From contig CAWIIP010000002.1 of the NCBI GenBank assembly GCA_963836235.1, positions 1,632,001-1,696,000 on the forward strand: a stretch of 64,000 nt of DNA. The letters run 5' to 3'. The stretch is from an uncultured Pseudomonadota bacterium (GTDB taxonomy: Bacteria; Oederibacteriota; Muellerivitia; Muellerivitales; Muellerivitaceae). Position numbers and translations under genes: made by a program. Below, one piece after another: positions 19,790-30,369 of this stretch; the first letter of the stretch is position 1; the number at the start of each line of letters is the position of its first letter. The notes under the pieces were generated by a model, which had not been told where the DNA came from, did not search any database, and was given only the letters and a program-made list of their open reading frames with translations.

Positions 19790-21414
19790 TGGCCAAGATC
19801 ACCATCAACGGAAAACCCATGGAAGTGGCGGACGGAACCAACGTTCTGCAGGCGGCGCTGGACAACGGCGTTCCCCTGGAGCATTTCTGCTACCAACCCT
19901 ACCTGCCGGTGGCGGGCAATTGCCGCACCTGCATGGTGGAAATCGAGGGGCCCAAGGGCCCCATGCTGACCATCGGCTGCAACACCAAGGTGGCCGAGGG
20001 TATGGTCATTCATACCGAGTCACCCAAGGCCAAGGCTTCCCAAAAAAGCGCGCTGGAGATGCTGCTCCTCGACCACCCGCTGGACTGCCCGGTTTGCGAC
20101 AAGGCGGGGGAGTGCAAACTGCAGAACCAATATATGGAATACGGACTTTATAATTTTCGCCGGGACGTGCCCCGCTACTTCAAGGGCGGCAAAGCCGAGG
20201 ATATCGGCGAGCACATCATGCTGGACCAGGAACGCTGCGTGCTTTGCACCCGCTGTATCCGCTTCGTGGACGAGATACCCAAGACCTCGGAGTTGGGCAT
20301 CGTCAACCGGGGTCATGAATCCAAAATCACTATCTTCCCCGGCGTTCGGTTGGACAACGCCTACTCGGGCAACGTGACCGACATCTGCCCAGTGGGCGCG
20401 CTCACTTTGAAAGAATTCCGCTTCAAGCAACGAGTTTGGTTCCTCAAAAAGACCGAGTCGGTCTGCCCCGGTTGTGCCCGGGGATGCAACATCACCGTGG
20501 AGCAAAACCATGGGCATATCTATCGCTTTATGCCCCGCGAGAACGCCGAGCTCAACAAGACCTGGATTTGCGACGAGGGCCGTTTCTCCTTCAATCATTG
20601 GCAGGAAAACCGGGTATCCGAAGTAAGGCTAGGGCATGCGACCAGCGACCTATCCAATGGGATCGCTCAATTGGCCAACTTGCTGGAAGGAGTCGCGCCC
20701 GAAGAAGTGGCGGGCATTGCCTCCCCCGCGGCGGCTCTCGAAGACAGTTACATGATGAAGAAACTTTTCGAGAAGCGGTTCAAGGTGAAAAATTTAACCG
20801 CGCCTTTCTGGGGTAAAAGGGGCGATGAGGACAAAATCCTCAAGCTGGCGGATAAAACGCCCAATACCCAGGGCCTGAATCTCCTGGGAATCGATGCCGA
20901 GGGAAAAGACCTGTTTTCCCGCATTGAAAAGGGCGAATTTAAGGTGGTCATCGTCATGCACAACAACCCCTTCGGCCAGGACGAGGAAAGGGCCAAAAAG
21001 ATTTACGGAAAAGTGAAGGCTTTGATTGTGCTCTCCGTCCATAAAACGAAGATGGTGGAGCAAGGTTCCATGGTTTTTCCCATGAGGCCCTTCACCGAAA
21101 AAAATGGGACCTTTGTCAACGCCACCAGCCGCCTGCAACGCTTCAAGCAAGCCGTCGAGCCCGAAAATCCGGATGTGATCGAAGCTTCCTTGTGGATTTG
21201 CCGCCTGGCGAAGGCTTTGAAAGTGGAGGGATTTGATTTTCAGGATACGCCTTCCATCTTTAACGCTATGGCTAAGGAAGTGGAATTATTAAAAGGACTT
21301 ACCTTTTATTCCATTCCCCCCACCGGAAAAGTCTTGGACTTGAAACCCTTGGCGGCCGAGCCCTTCCAGGGCGTGAAGGCCCAGCCCAATGTCCTCGGGA
21401 AGGCCAAGGTATGA
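19789..21414 (+). CDS. nuoG: NADH-quinone oxidoreductase subunit G (short form, ~541 aa)
   Basis: FCY...GNCRTC, HPLDCPVCDKAGEC, CVLCTRC, CPGCARGC...C; start MAKITING overlaps the nuoF stop. Confidence 0.92.
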   Translation: MAKITINGKPMEVADGTNVLQAALDNGVPLEHFCYQPYLPVAGNCRTCMVEIEGPKGPMLTIGCNTKVAEGMVIHTESPKAKASQKSALEMLLLDHPLDCPVCDKAGECKLQNQYMEYGLYNFRRDVPRYFKGGKAEDIGEHIMLDQERCVLCTRCIRFVDEIPKTSELGIVNRGHESKITIFPGVRLDNAYSGNVTDICPVGALTLKEFRFKQRVWFLKKTESVCPGCARGCNITVEQNHGHIYRFMPRENAELNKTWICDEGRFSFNHWQENRVSEVRLGHATSDLSNGIAQLANLLEGVAPEEVAGIASPAAALEDSYMMKKLFEKRFKVKNLTAPFWGKRGDEDKILKLADKTPNTQGLNLLGIDAEGKDLFSRIEKGEFKVVIVMHNNPFGQDEERAKKIYGKVKALIVLSVHKTKMVEQGSMVFPMRPFTEKNGTFVNATSRLQRFKQAVEPENPDVIEASLWICRLAKALKVEGFDFQDTPSIFNAMAKEVELLKGLTFYSIPPTGKVLDLKPLAAEPFQGVKAQPNVLGKAKV

Positions 21415-22721
21415 TCGATTCCAACCAACTATTCACGCTGATTAACATCACGGTCATGACCGTGGTGGCGTGGTTGATCCCGCTGCAGTTCATCCCCATC
21501 TTCATCTGGCTTGAACGCAAGGGAAGCGCCATCATCCAGGACCGCATCGGGCCCAACCGGGCGGAGATCATGGGCTTCCGCCTATTCGGCATGATCCATA
21601 ATTTCGCCGACGTGGTGAAGCTGTTGATGAAAGAAAACATCGTGCCCACCCACGTCAATCGCTTTTATTTCATCCTGGCGCCTTTTTGGTCCATGGCCGT
21701 GAGCCTCCTGCCCCTTTTGGTGATCCCCCTCGCGACGCCTATCCTCCTGGGGGGACATACGATCCGGTTCCAGGCCGCCGATTTAGGAGTGGGGATTCTT
21801 TTCATCCTTTCGATCACCAGCATGGGGGTATTCGGGGTCATGCTGGCGGGCTGGTCCTCCAACAATAAGTTTTCCTTATTGGGGGGTATCCGGTCCTCGG
21901 CTCAGATGATTTCCTACGAGCTTTCCATGGGACTGGCCGTGGTGGGACTTCTCATGGTCTATCAGGATGTTAAACTCAGTTCCATCGTGGAGACCCAGGG
22001 CCGTTTGCTTTCCGCTTGGGGCCATACTTTGCCCCTGCCTAATTGGGGAATTTTCCTCCAGCCGGTCGGGTTCCTCCTTTTTCTCGTGGCGTCCTTCGCC
22101 GAGACCAACCGAAACCCCTTCGATTTGGCTGAGGGCGAATCGGAGCTGGTGGCGGGCTATCACGTGGAATATTCCAGCGTGAAATTCGCCCTCTTCTTTA
22201 TGGCGGAATATTCCAACATGGTGGTGGCGGCCTTCGTGATTTCCACCCTCTTTTTCGGGGGTTACCAGGTGCCGTTTGTTTCTACCGAAGCCCTGGCGCA
22301 AAATCCCAAACTCGTCTTGGGACTTCTTTGCGGCTTGGTGGCCTTACTGAAGGGAACCGCGGGTTTTATTTTTCTTAAGGGGGCGAACCAACAAAAGCAT
22401 CTCTATACCGGCGTGAAAAGAAACGAGCCCTTTATTTGGGCGGGACTTTGCTTCGCGGCGGCTTTCGCTGCTCTCATTTTCTTGGCCGTTGGATTGAGTG
22501 TGGATTTGCCACCCGGTCTTGTCGCGGTTTTGGCCGCCTTGCTCCAGCTTCTTTGCCTGACCTTGAAGGTCCTGTTCTTTTGCTGGCTTTTCGTGTGGGT
22601 GCGCTGGACCATGCCTCGGTTTCGCTACGACCAATTGATGAAACTCGGATGGAAAGTGATGATTCCGCTGGCCCTGGCGAACCTGCTGGTGACCGGCGTG
22701 GTTGTTTTGACTCAAAAGTAA
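21411..22721 (+). CDS. nuoH: NADH-quinone oxidoreductase subunit H
   Basis: ERK...[39 protein letters not shown]. Confidence 0.96.
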   Translation: MIDSNQLFTLINITVMTVVAWLIPLQFIPIFIWLERKGSAIIQDRIGPNRAEIMGFRLFGMIHNFADVVKLLMKENIVPTHVNRFYFILAPFWSMAVSLLPLLVIPLATPILLGGHTIRFQAADLGVGILFILSITSMGVFGVMLAGWSSNNKFSLLGGIRSSAQMISYELSMGLAVVGLLMVYQDVKLSSIVETQGRLLSAWGHTLPLPNWGIFLQPVGFLLFLVASFAETNRNPFDLAEGESELVAGYHVEYSSVKFALFFMAEYSNMVVAAFVISTLFFGGYQVPFVSTEALAQNPKLVLGLLCGLVALLKGTAGFIFLKGANQQKHLYTGVKRNEPFIWAGLCFAAAFAALIFLAVGLSVDLPPGLVAVLAALLQLLCLTLKVLFFCWLFVWVRWTMPRFRYDQLMKLGWKVMIPLALANLLVTGVVVLTQK

Positions 22722-22731
22722 AGGAAACGCG

Positions 22732-23277
22732 ATGCGAGTGGTTCAAAGACCGGGAATGAAGAACTCGGAAAAAATCTATGTGGTGGAAATCGCCAAGGGA
22801 TTAGCCCTGACAATCGGCCATGTCCTGCACAATCTTTTTGAGCCGAAGGACATGCCGGTGGTTTCCTTCCCCGAGGAGCACAAGGACCTGCCCCCGGCTA
22901 CCCGGGGACGGCATCGTCTGATGAAGCGGGAGGACGAATCCCCCCGCTGCACGGCCTGCATGCTTTGCGCGACAGCCTGCCCGGCGGAATGTATCCATAT
23001 CAAGGCCGCCGAATCGCCCGACCCCAATGTGGAGAAATTGCCCGAGAAGTTCGACATCGACATGCTCCGCTGCGTCTACTGCGGTTTTTGCGTGGAGGCC
23101 TGTCCCCTGGACGCCATCCGCATGGATATCCCTGAGGTCACCGTGGCCGATTACACCCGGGAAGCCCTGGTGTACCACAAGGAATTTTTGATGGATCACG
23201 ATAACAAGGATGTGGTGCCGGATTACAATCCGCCCCGGCCGGTGCTATGGACGCACGGTCCGCACGCGAAGCCGTGA
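22732..23277 (+). CDS. nuoI: NADH-quinone oxidoreductase subunit I
   Basis: [12 protein letters not shown] and [12 protein letters not shown]. Confidence 0.95.
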   Translation: MRVVQRPGMKNSEKIYVVEIAKGLALTIGHVLHNLFEPKDMPVVSFPEEHKDLPPATRGRHRLMKREDESPRCTACMLCATACPAECIHIKAAESPDPNVEKLPEKFDIDMLRCVYCGFCVEACPLDAIRMDIPEVTVADYTREALVYHKEFLMDHDNKDVVPDYNPPRPVLWTHGPHAKP

Positions 23278-23302
23278 AAATCAATTTGAAGAAAGGTTCA
23301 CT

Positions 23303-23806
23303 GTGATCGAAGCGGTTTTGTTTTATATCCTGGCGGCGGTCTTGGTGGGATTAGGATTGGTAGTCATCACCCGCACCAACCCCATCGCTTCGGCGCTGGC
23401 CATGGTGGGAGCCTTCGGTGCCTTGGCGGCCCTTTACGCGCTTTTGTCCGCGACCTTCGTGGCGATTCTCCAGATATTGGTTTACGCCGGGGGCATCATG
23501 GTGCTCATTATCTTCGTGATCATGCTTTTGAATCTCCACCTCGATGACTTGAAGCCGATGAAAGCCAAGGGCGTCCTTGTGGCGCTGGCCTTATTGGGAG
23601 TCTTAGGAGTCGCTTTCGGCCCGGTTTTCCTGATGGTTTTACCCCAGGGGAATTGGAGCTTCGCCGCCTTGCCGGAAGGGTTCGGGAGTATTTTCAGCGT
23701 GGGCGAAAAAATCTTTTCCGAATATTTGTTCCCTTTTGAAATGCTTTCTCTGGTGCTTTTAACGGCGGTGGTGGGCGCTTTGGTGCTCTCCAAAAGGAAG
23801 CTTTAA
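23303..23806 (+). CDS. nuoJ: NADH-quinone oxidoreductase subunit J
   Basis: QILVYAGGIMVLIIFVIMLL, PFEMLS; GTG start at 23303. Confidence 0.94.
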   Translation: MIEAVLFYILAAVLVGLGLVVITRTNPIASALAMVGAFGALAALYALLSATFVAILQILVYAGGIMVLIIFVIMLLNLHLDDLKPMKAKGVLVALALLGVLGVAFGPVFLMVLPQGNWSFAALPEGFGSIFSVGEKIFSEYLFPFEMLSLVLLTAVVGALVLSKRKL

Positions 23807-24123
23807 TGGATTTACTTTATCCCATCACGCCCACCCACTATCTGGTATTGTCGGCGGTCCTGTTCGGCGTGGGCACGGCGGGGGTCTTGTCCCGCAAGAA
23901 CCTCTTTATCGTCCTGATGTCGCTGGAACTCATGTTGAACGCGGTGAATCTTTCTTTCGTCACTTTCTCAAGAATCAATGGCGACCTGACGGGGCATGTG
24001 ATCGTGCTTTTCGTCGTGGCCGTCGCGGCGGCGGAAGCCTGCGTGGGATTGGCCATCGTGATCGCCCTTTACCGGCTGAAGGAAAGCGTGGATTTGGACA
24101 TCTTTAAAAGCTTGAAAGGTTAA
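23806..24123 (+). CDS. nuoK: NADH-quinone oxidoreductase subunit K
   Basis: LMSLELMLNAVN, AAAEACVGLA. Confidence 0.95.
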   Translation: MDLLYPITPTHYLVLSAVLFGVGTAGVLSRKNLFIVLMSLELMLNAVNLSFVTFSRINGDLTGHVIVLFVVAVAAAEACVGLAIVIALYRLKESVDLDIFKSLKG

Positions 24124-24125
24124 AA

Positions 24126-26108
24126 ATGGGCTTGGATTCTTTTCAATATAAAAACCTTGTCCAGTTCGACTGGATATGGCTGATTTTGGCCGCCCCGTTT
24201 TTGGGAGCGCTGGTCAATGGTCTATTAGTGCTGATTGGCGCCCGCTGGAAAAAGGATATTGTCCCCCCGGGCCTTTACGCAACCCTGTCTTGCGGAGCGG
24301 CCATCCTTTCTTTTGTGGCAGCCTGGTTCACCTTTGTCCACTTCAAGGACCTGTCCGACGGCAGCGTTCTCACCCAGGAACTGTTCGACTGGATCGAGTC
24401 GGGGATGTTCCACGTGAGAATGAGCTTCGAGCTGGACGCTCTTTCCATGACGATGGTGGTTTTCATCACTTTCGTCTCCAGCCTGATCCATCTTTACTCC
24501 ATCGGCTACATGAAGGATGATCCGGGCTTCGGCCGTTTTTTCACCTACTTGAACCTTTTTCTTTTTTCCATGCTCGTGCTGGTCATGGCCCAGAACCTCC
24601 TGGTCTTGTTCCTGGGATGGGAAGGCGTGGGTTTCTGTTCCTACCTTTTAATCGGGTTCTGGTTTGAGGATGAGGCTAAGGCCAACGCGGGCAAGAAGGC
24701 CATCATCGTCAACCGCATCGGCGACGCGGGGTTCTTGGCGGGGCTTTTGATCGTATTCGTCCTGGCGGGCACTTTTAATTTCAACGAACTGCAATTGGGC
24801 AAGCACGCCTTTACCGAGCTGTCGGCCACGATCATTTGCCTTTGCTTTTTCTTTGGGGCGGCGGGGAAATCGGCCCAAATCCCCCTTTACGTCTGGCTGC
24901 CGGACGCGATGGCCGGGCCTACCCCCGTCTCGGCCCTGATTCACGCGGCCACTATGGTGACGGCGGGTGTTTACCTGATCGCCCGCTTGAACTTCCTTTT
25001 CGTCCTGGCGCCCTGGGCTTCCACGGTAGTGGCGGTCATTGGCGCCCTCACGGCCCTCCTGGCGGCCACCATTGCCCTGGGGCAGACCGACATTAAAAAA
25101 GTCCTGGCTTATTCCACCGTTTCCCAGTTGGGCTATATGTTCCTGGGGGTCGGCGTGAGCGCTTATGGCGCCGGCATCTTCCATCTGATTACCCATGGCT
25201 TCTTCAAAGCCTGCCTGTTCCTGGCGGCAGGGTCGGTCATCCACGCCATGAAAGGGGAACAGGATATCCGCAAAATGGGTGGGCTGTTGAAGCATGTTCC
25301 CATGACGAGCGTTTCTTTTATGCTGGGCTGGATGGCGATTTCCGGCATCCTGCCTTTTTGCGGGGGGTTCAACAGCAAGGACGCCATTCTTTGGAAGACC
25401 CTAGCCACACCCAATCCGGTGATTCCCTTCCTGCCGGAAATTCTTTACTTCACCGCGCTCTTCACCGCCTTCCTGACCGCTTTTTACATGACCCGTCTTG
25501 TCGTATTGGTTTTCTTCGGCGATTACCGGGGAGACCGGGAAGTTTTCGAGCATCTTCACGATTCGCCGAAGATTATGACGGTTCCGCTGCTCATCCTGGC
25601 TATCGGATCGGTTGTCGTCGGATGGATTGGAATGCCCGAAGCCATCGGGGGCGGGAACACCCTGGGCAAGTTTTTGGAACCCATCTTCCACCTATCCACG
25701 ATCGAAGCCACCAATGTCTCGGCAAAAATGGAGCCGCTTCTCATGTTGATGTCCTTTTTGGTGGCGGGATTGGGCGTGGGCGTGGCTTGGTACGTTTACG
25801 GCTGGAAACACACGATCAGCCCCATGCTTCTCAAACTGATTCCTGGCGGCAAGAAGGCCATCGAGAAGAAATACTACGTGGATGAGATTTACGACGTACT
25901 GGTGGTTCGGATGGTCAGGGGATTCGCCCAATGGGTTTCCAACCGACTGGTGGAACAGATCCTCATTAACCGTATTGTCGAAGGTGTTACCCATGGTGTG
26001 TCTTACTTAGCCAAGATGATCCAAAAGACCCAGGTGGGATTGGTGCGGATTTATCTGGCTTACGTGGTGGCCGGCGCCGCTTTATTGATTTACTTGATTT
26101 TGCATTAA
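24126..26108 (+). CDS. nuoL: NADH-quinone oxidoreductase subunit L
   Basis: GKSAQIPLYVWLPDAMAGPTPVSALIHAATMV, KKVLAYSTVSQLG. Confidence 0.97.
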   Translation: MGLDSFQYKNLVQFDWIWLILAAPFLGALVNGLLVLIGARWKKDIVPPGLYATLSCGAAILSFVAAWFTFVHFKDLSDGSVLTQELFDWIESGMFHVRMSFELDALSMTMVVFITFVSSLIHLYSIGYMKDDPGFGRFFTYLNLFLFSMLVLVMAQNLLVLFLGWEGVGFCSYLLIGFWFEDEAKANAGKKAIIVNRIGDAGFLAGLLIVFVLAGTFNFNELQLGKHAFTELSATIICLCFFFGAAGKSAQIPLYVWLPDAMAGPTPVSALIHAATMVTAGVYLIARLNFLFVLAPWASTVVAVIGALTALLAATIALGQTDIKKVLAYSTVSQLGYMFLGVGVSAYGAGIFHLITHGFFKACLFLAAGSVIHAMKGEQDIRKMGGLLKHVPMTSVSFMLGWMAISGILPFCGGFNSKDAILWKTLATPNPVIPFLPEILYFTALFTAFLTAFYMTRLVVLVFFGDYRGDREVFEHLHDSPKIMTVPLLILAIGSVVVGWIGMPEAIGGGNTLGKFLEPIFHLSTIEATNVSAKMEPLLMLMSFLVAGLGVGVAWYVYGWKHTISPMLLKLIPGGKKAIEKKYYVDEIYDVLVVRMVRGFAQWVSNRLVEQILINRIVEGVTHGVSYLAKMIQKTQVGLVRIYLAYVVAGAALLIYLILH

Positions 26109-26122
26109 CGAAAGAAAAGATT

Positions 26123-26253
26123 AGCCGCAGATTGACGCAAATTTGCGCCGTAAAAGACGAAGAAAAGATTTTTGGTAAAGCACGAAGACTGATTTGAAAC
26201 AAAAGGATTAGGCCTTTGATTTTAACAGCGAAAATTTGCGCAGATCCGCGGCT
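26123..26253. repeat. Intercistronic palindromic (MITE-like) element between nuoL and nuoM
   Basis: 26-bp inverted arms agccgcagattgacgcaaatttgcgc / gcgaaaatttgcgcagatccgcggct, 21 of 26 complementary. Confidence 0.75.
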
Positions 26254-26268
26254 GAAAGGGGGTTCGCT

Positions 26269-27795
26269 TTGATCCTATCCCTGCTTATCGGCCTGCCAGT
26301 TTTGGGTGCTTTATTGGTGGGATTTTTCCCCCAGGTCAAAGCCACCAAAACGCTTTCGCTTTTGGTTTCGGCCACCACTTTTGTTTTTTCACTGTCGCTT
26401 TACAGCCGCTTCGATACCTCGGACAGCGGGTTCCAATTCAAGGAACTGGTGGACCTGGTGCCGAATTTCGGCATCCACTATAGCTTGGGGTTGGACGGCC
26501 TTTCCCTTTGGCTCATTCTTTTGACGACCTTTATCACGCCCCTGGTGATCCTCGGCAGTTTCAGCGCGGTCCAGAAAAACCTCCGGGGTTTTTACGCCTG
26601 CCTGCTTCTGTTGGAAGCCGCGATGATTGGCACACTGGCCTCGACGGATATTTTCCTCTTTTATCTTTTTTGGGAACTGATGCTGATCCCGGCTTTTTTC
26701 CTCATCGGGGTCTGGGGCGGACCCAACCGGGTGAAGGCGACGATCAAGTTCGTGCTCTTCACCATGCTAGGGTCTCTTCTGATGCTGGCGGCCCTGATTT
26801 ACGTCACCCACGAAGTGAAAAGCTTCGACTACGCAACAATCTTCGAGCACGCTTTTCCGCAAGACGTTCAGTTTTGGTGCTTCCTCGCCTTCGCCCTGGC
26901 TTTTCTCATCAAGGTCCCGCTTTTTCCCTTCCACGCCTGGCTGCCCGATGCCTATACCGAGGCGCCGGCGGGCGGCACGGTGATGCTGTCTTCCCTCATG
27001 GTCAAGCTGGGGGTTTACGGACTGTTGCGCTTTTGCATCCCGCTTTTCCCCGACGCGGCGAAGGCCTTTGCGCCTTGGATCATGGTGCTGGCCGTGCTGG
27101 GGGTGGTTCACGGGGCGCTGATGGCTTCCATCCAGACGGACTTCAAGCGCATGGCGGCCTATTCGTCCCTCTCGCATATGGGGTTGATCGTGCTGGGGAT
27201 ATTTACCTTCTCGTTGACGGGCCTTCAGGGGGGCGTCCTGCAAATGATCGGTCATGGGATTTATATGGCGGGTATATTCCTCTTAATGGGCCTGCTTTAT
27301 GAGCGCCGTGAATCGCACGAAATGGGCGTTTTCGGCGGGATCGCCAAGGCGACACCCCTTTTAGCGGCGGCCTTTCTTTGGATGATGCTTTCGGCGGCGG
27401 GCTTGCCCGGCTTCGCCGGTTTTGTGGGCGAGATTTTGCTCCTGCTCTCCGCCTATAAAGCGGCTCCCTGGCTGGCCATCATCGCAATCACGGGATTCGT
27501 CTTATCGGCCTGGTATTTGTTTAACTTTTACGGGAAGGTTTTCTTCGGCCCTCTCAAGAAAGAAAACCAGAAACTTCATGACCTCTCCCTGAGCGAGGGG
27601 CTGTCCCTCCTGCCCCTGGCCCTGGCGGCCCTTTGGATCGGGTTGAACCCGAACTTTTTCCTGGCACCGATGGAAAAGTCCCTTCAAATGAAGGTGATCG
27701 AGAAACTCAAGCCCCCGCCTCCGATGACGGACTTCGCCGCCCAACAAAGGCGGGTCCAAGAAGAGATGGATAAAGACAAGAAAAGGAAGAGGTAA
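26269..27795 (+). CDS. nuoM: NADH-quinone oxidoreductase subunit M
   Basis: LDGLS, FYLFWELMLIP, IKVPLFPFHAWLPDA; probable TTG start. Confidence 0.95.
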   Translation: MILSLLIGLPVLGALLVGFFPQVKATKTLSLLVSATTFVFSLSLYSRFDTSDSGFQFKELVDLVPNFGIHYSLGLDGLSLWLILLTTFITPLVILGSFSAVQKNLRGFYACLLLLEAAMIGTLASTDIFLFYLFWELMLIPAFFLIGVWGGPNRVKATIKFVLFTMLGSLLMLAALIYVTHEVKSFDYATIFEHAFPQDVQFWCFLAFALAFLIKVPLFPFHAWLPDAYTEAPAGGTVMLSSLMVKLGVYGLLRFCIPLFPDAAKAFAPWIMVLAVLGVVHGALMASIQTDFKRMAAYSSLSHMGLIVLGIFTFSLTGLQGGVLQMIGHGIYMAGIFLLMGLLYERRESHEMGVFGGIAKATPLLAAAFLWMMLSAAGLPGFAGFVGEILLLLSAYKAAPWLAIIAITGFVLSAWYLFNFYGKVFFGPLKKENQKLHDLSLSEGLSLLPLALAALWIGLNPNFFLAPMEKSLQMKVIEKLKPPPPMTDFAAQQRRVQEEMDKDKKRKR

Positions 27796-29227
27796 TGAAT
27801 TTTTCCTGCCCGGAATTTTCGGGCATTGCTGCCCCTTTGGCTGGTTTCGGGGGGAGCTCTTCTTTTACTTTTAGTGGAAGTCCTTCTTCATGAAGAGGGC
27901 CGCAAAATAGCCCCCCTTTTAACCGGAACCATCCTAGTGATGTCTTTAGGAAGCGTCTTCCATTTGCTTTCCATGAGGGGCCATGGCGGGGTCTCTTTTC
28001 AACGGGACGGTGGTGGTGGATTATTATTCCCTGACGCTGGAGGGAATCTGCCTCTTGTCGGCGCTCTTGACCTGCGTTTTTTCCGCCTCTTATTTGAAAA
28101 GGAAAAAGGCGGTGACGGGTGAATTTTACGCCCTCCTGCTTTTGGCGGTGGCCGGCATGTTCACGCTGGTCCTGGCCGCCGACTTCCTTACTTTTTTCGT
28201 GGGACTGGAACTGATGTCCCTGGCCGGTTACATCCTCGCGGGATACCTGCGGGTGAAGGAACGGTCCACCGAGGCGGCCCTCAAGTATTTTATGTTGGGG
28301 GTTTTCGCTTCCGGGTTCTTGCTTTACGGCATCGCGGTGCTTTACGGGGTTTCGGGAACCATTCATTTTCCCGACCTGCGGCACTATTTAGAACAGGGCC
28401 ACCTTTCCTCGCCTTTCGTGGAACTGGGTGTGGCTTTTCTTTTAGTGGGCCTGGGATTCAAGGTGGCCCTCGTTCCTTTCCACGGCTGGGCGCCGGACGT
28501 CTATGACGGGGCCCCTGCGCCCGTCTCCGCTTTCCTTTCCACGGGAGTGAAGGCCGCCGCCTTCGGAGCTTTCGCCCGGCTTTTCACCGAGGCCTTCGGC
28601 CTGCCGGGTAACTGGATTCCTGTTTTCGCCGTCCTGGCGGTCCTCACCATGACCTTGGGCAATCTGGGGGCCTTGGGACAATCGAGCGTCAAGCGGATGC
28701 TGGGCTACTCCAGCGTGGCCCACGCGGGATACCTGATGGTGGGCCTGGCCGCGGCGTCCCTGGCGCCCGCGGATGAAGTAGAAAGAGCGGTGGCTTTTTA
28801 CCTTTTAGCTTATACGCTCATGACCTCCGGGGCTTTCGGCTGGATGGCCTGGGCATCGGGCAAGGGTGAAAAGGGAACGGGCTTCGGGGATATCCAAGGC
28901 TTGGGCTTGCGGTACCCCTGGATGGGAATCATGATGGCGATCTTCATGTTTTCCCTGGCGGGCATGACGCCCACCGCCGGATTCTTCGGGAAGTACTACC
29001 TTTTTAAGCTGGCAATGGATCATGGATTGATGGGGCTAGTTTTAATCGCCCTCTTGAACAGCTTTCTGTCCGCCTATTACTACCTGCGGGTGGTGGTTAC
29101 TCTCTATATAAGTCCGGTGGAAGAAAAGGAAACGCCCCCCCTTTCACCCACTTGGGACTTGCGACTGACATTTCTGCTTTGCGGTTTAGGCGTGCTGGCT
29201 GCGGGGTTTTTGAAGTTTCCCTTCTGA
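27795..29227 (+). CDS. nuoN: NADH-quinone oxidoreductase subunit N, split by two +1 frameshifts near the 5' end
   Basis: ATG at 27795 overlaps the nuoM stop. The NuoN N-terminal helix LLPLWLVSGGALLLLLVEV is in the next frame, and the body (EAALKYF, FKVALVPFHGWAPDVY) is in the third frame from 27983. Confidence 0.88.
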
Positions 29228-29243
29228 AAAACGAAGGTTTTTG

Positions 29244-29350
29244 AACCACCAAGGGCACCAAGAATGGCGAAAACTCAAAATTTCGATTTCAAGATTTCTC
29301 TTTATTCCACGTTTTCGTTTTTCTTGGCGAACATGGTGTCCTTGGTGATT
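29244..29350. repeat. Palindromic (MITE-like) element just after nuoN
   Basis: Arms aaccaccaagggcaccaag / catggtgtccttggtgatt, 16 of 19 complementary; 9-nt caccaag periodicity. Confidence 0.7.
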
Positions 29351-29376
29351 AAACCCGGTTACATTTTGGAGGTTTT

Positions 29377-29676
29377 ATGAAAGTCATCGCCGATCTTTGT
29401 GTCGTTCCCTTGGGAGTGGGCGTATCGGTCTCCGAATATGTGGCCGCTTGCGAGAAGGTTTTGAAAGAGGCGGGGCTTAAAACCCAGCTTCACGCCTATG
29501 GCACCAACATTGAAGGGGAGTGGGACGCGGTTTTCGCCGCCATCAAAAAATGCCACGAAGTTGTCCATCAAATGGGCGCCCCCCGCATTTCCACCACCCT
29601 CAAATTCGGCACGCGGACGGACCGGGACCAAAGCATGGAAGAAAAAGTAAAAAGCGTCGAAAAACGCCTCCCCTAA
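29377..29676 (+). CDS. MTH1187/YkoF-family thiamine-binding protein
   Basis: VPLGVGVSVSEYVA, HAYGTNIEGEWD, RTDRDQSMEEKVKSV. Confidence 0.9.
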   Translation: MKVIADLCVVPLGVGVSVSEYVAACEKVLKEAGLKTQLHAYGTNIEGEWDAVFAAIKKCHEVVHQMGAPRISTTLKFGTRTDRDQSMEEKVKSVEKRLP

Positions 29677-29816
29677 AGCCTTTATTATTCAAAGGATAAT
29701 CCCCCGCCGTAAGCCTTGTTTTATTCAATAAACTAAACCGGAAAAATAAGATAAACTTGAACCGGGTCGAGCTTTCCTTGTCGGGAAAGCTTTTATGTCA
29801 TGGGGGGAGAGAAGCT

Positions 29817-30278
29817 ATGCGGAGGGCGCGGAAAAATCCTCAAGGGTTTACTTTGATCGAATTGATGATCGTGGTCGCGATCATCGGCATCCTGTCAGCT
29901 ATCGCGATTCCGCGCTTCGCCCAGATGCTGGAAAAATCCAGGGAAGGCCAAACGAGGGGCAATCTCAACAGCATTCATTCAGCGGCGGCCATCTATTATG
30001 GCGACCAAAGGGGCGTCTGGCCCTCGACTCTCAACACCTACTCCAGTTTTGCTTTCAGCGAATATCTCGATAATGTCGACGCCGTCAAGGTCACCGGCGC
30101 TTTTGTCGCCGGGTCCACCAGCCCGACTGGGTCCCTGGTCACGATGACGGTCCAAGCCGGTGCCCCAGTGGATAGTTCAACCGGCTGGCTTTATGACAGC
30201 ACGAACGGTGAATTTTACGTCAACAGTACCGTTACGGATTCCAAAGGCATTCCTTATTCCTTTTATGGGTTTGAGTAA
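29817..30278 (+). CDS. Type IV pilin / GspG-like prepilin
   Basis: Prepilin cleavage motif QG-FTLIELMIVVAIIGILSAIAIP; GWLYD near the C-terminus. Confidence 0.85.
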   Translation: MRRARKNPQGFTLIELMIVVAIIGILSAIAIPRFAQMLEKSREGQTRGNLNSIHSAAAIYYGDQRGVWPSTLNTYSSFAFSEYLDNVDAVKVTGAFVAGSTSPTGSLVTMTVQAGAPVDSSTGWLYDSTNGEFYVNSTVTDSKGIPYSFYGFE

Positions 30279-30369
30279 CCGGGCTCGTCTAGTTTAAAAC
30301 CCTTTCCAACCCAAGGCGTCCAAGAACCCAACTACTTTTTGAATAGTCATTTGAGACGTTCCGCTTTTA

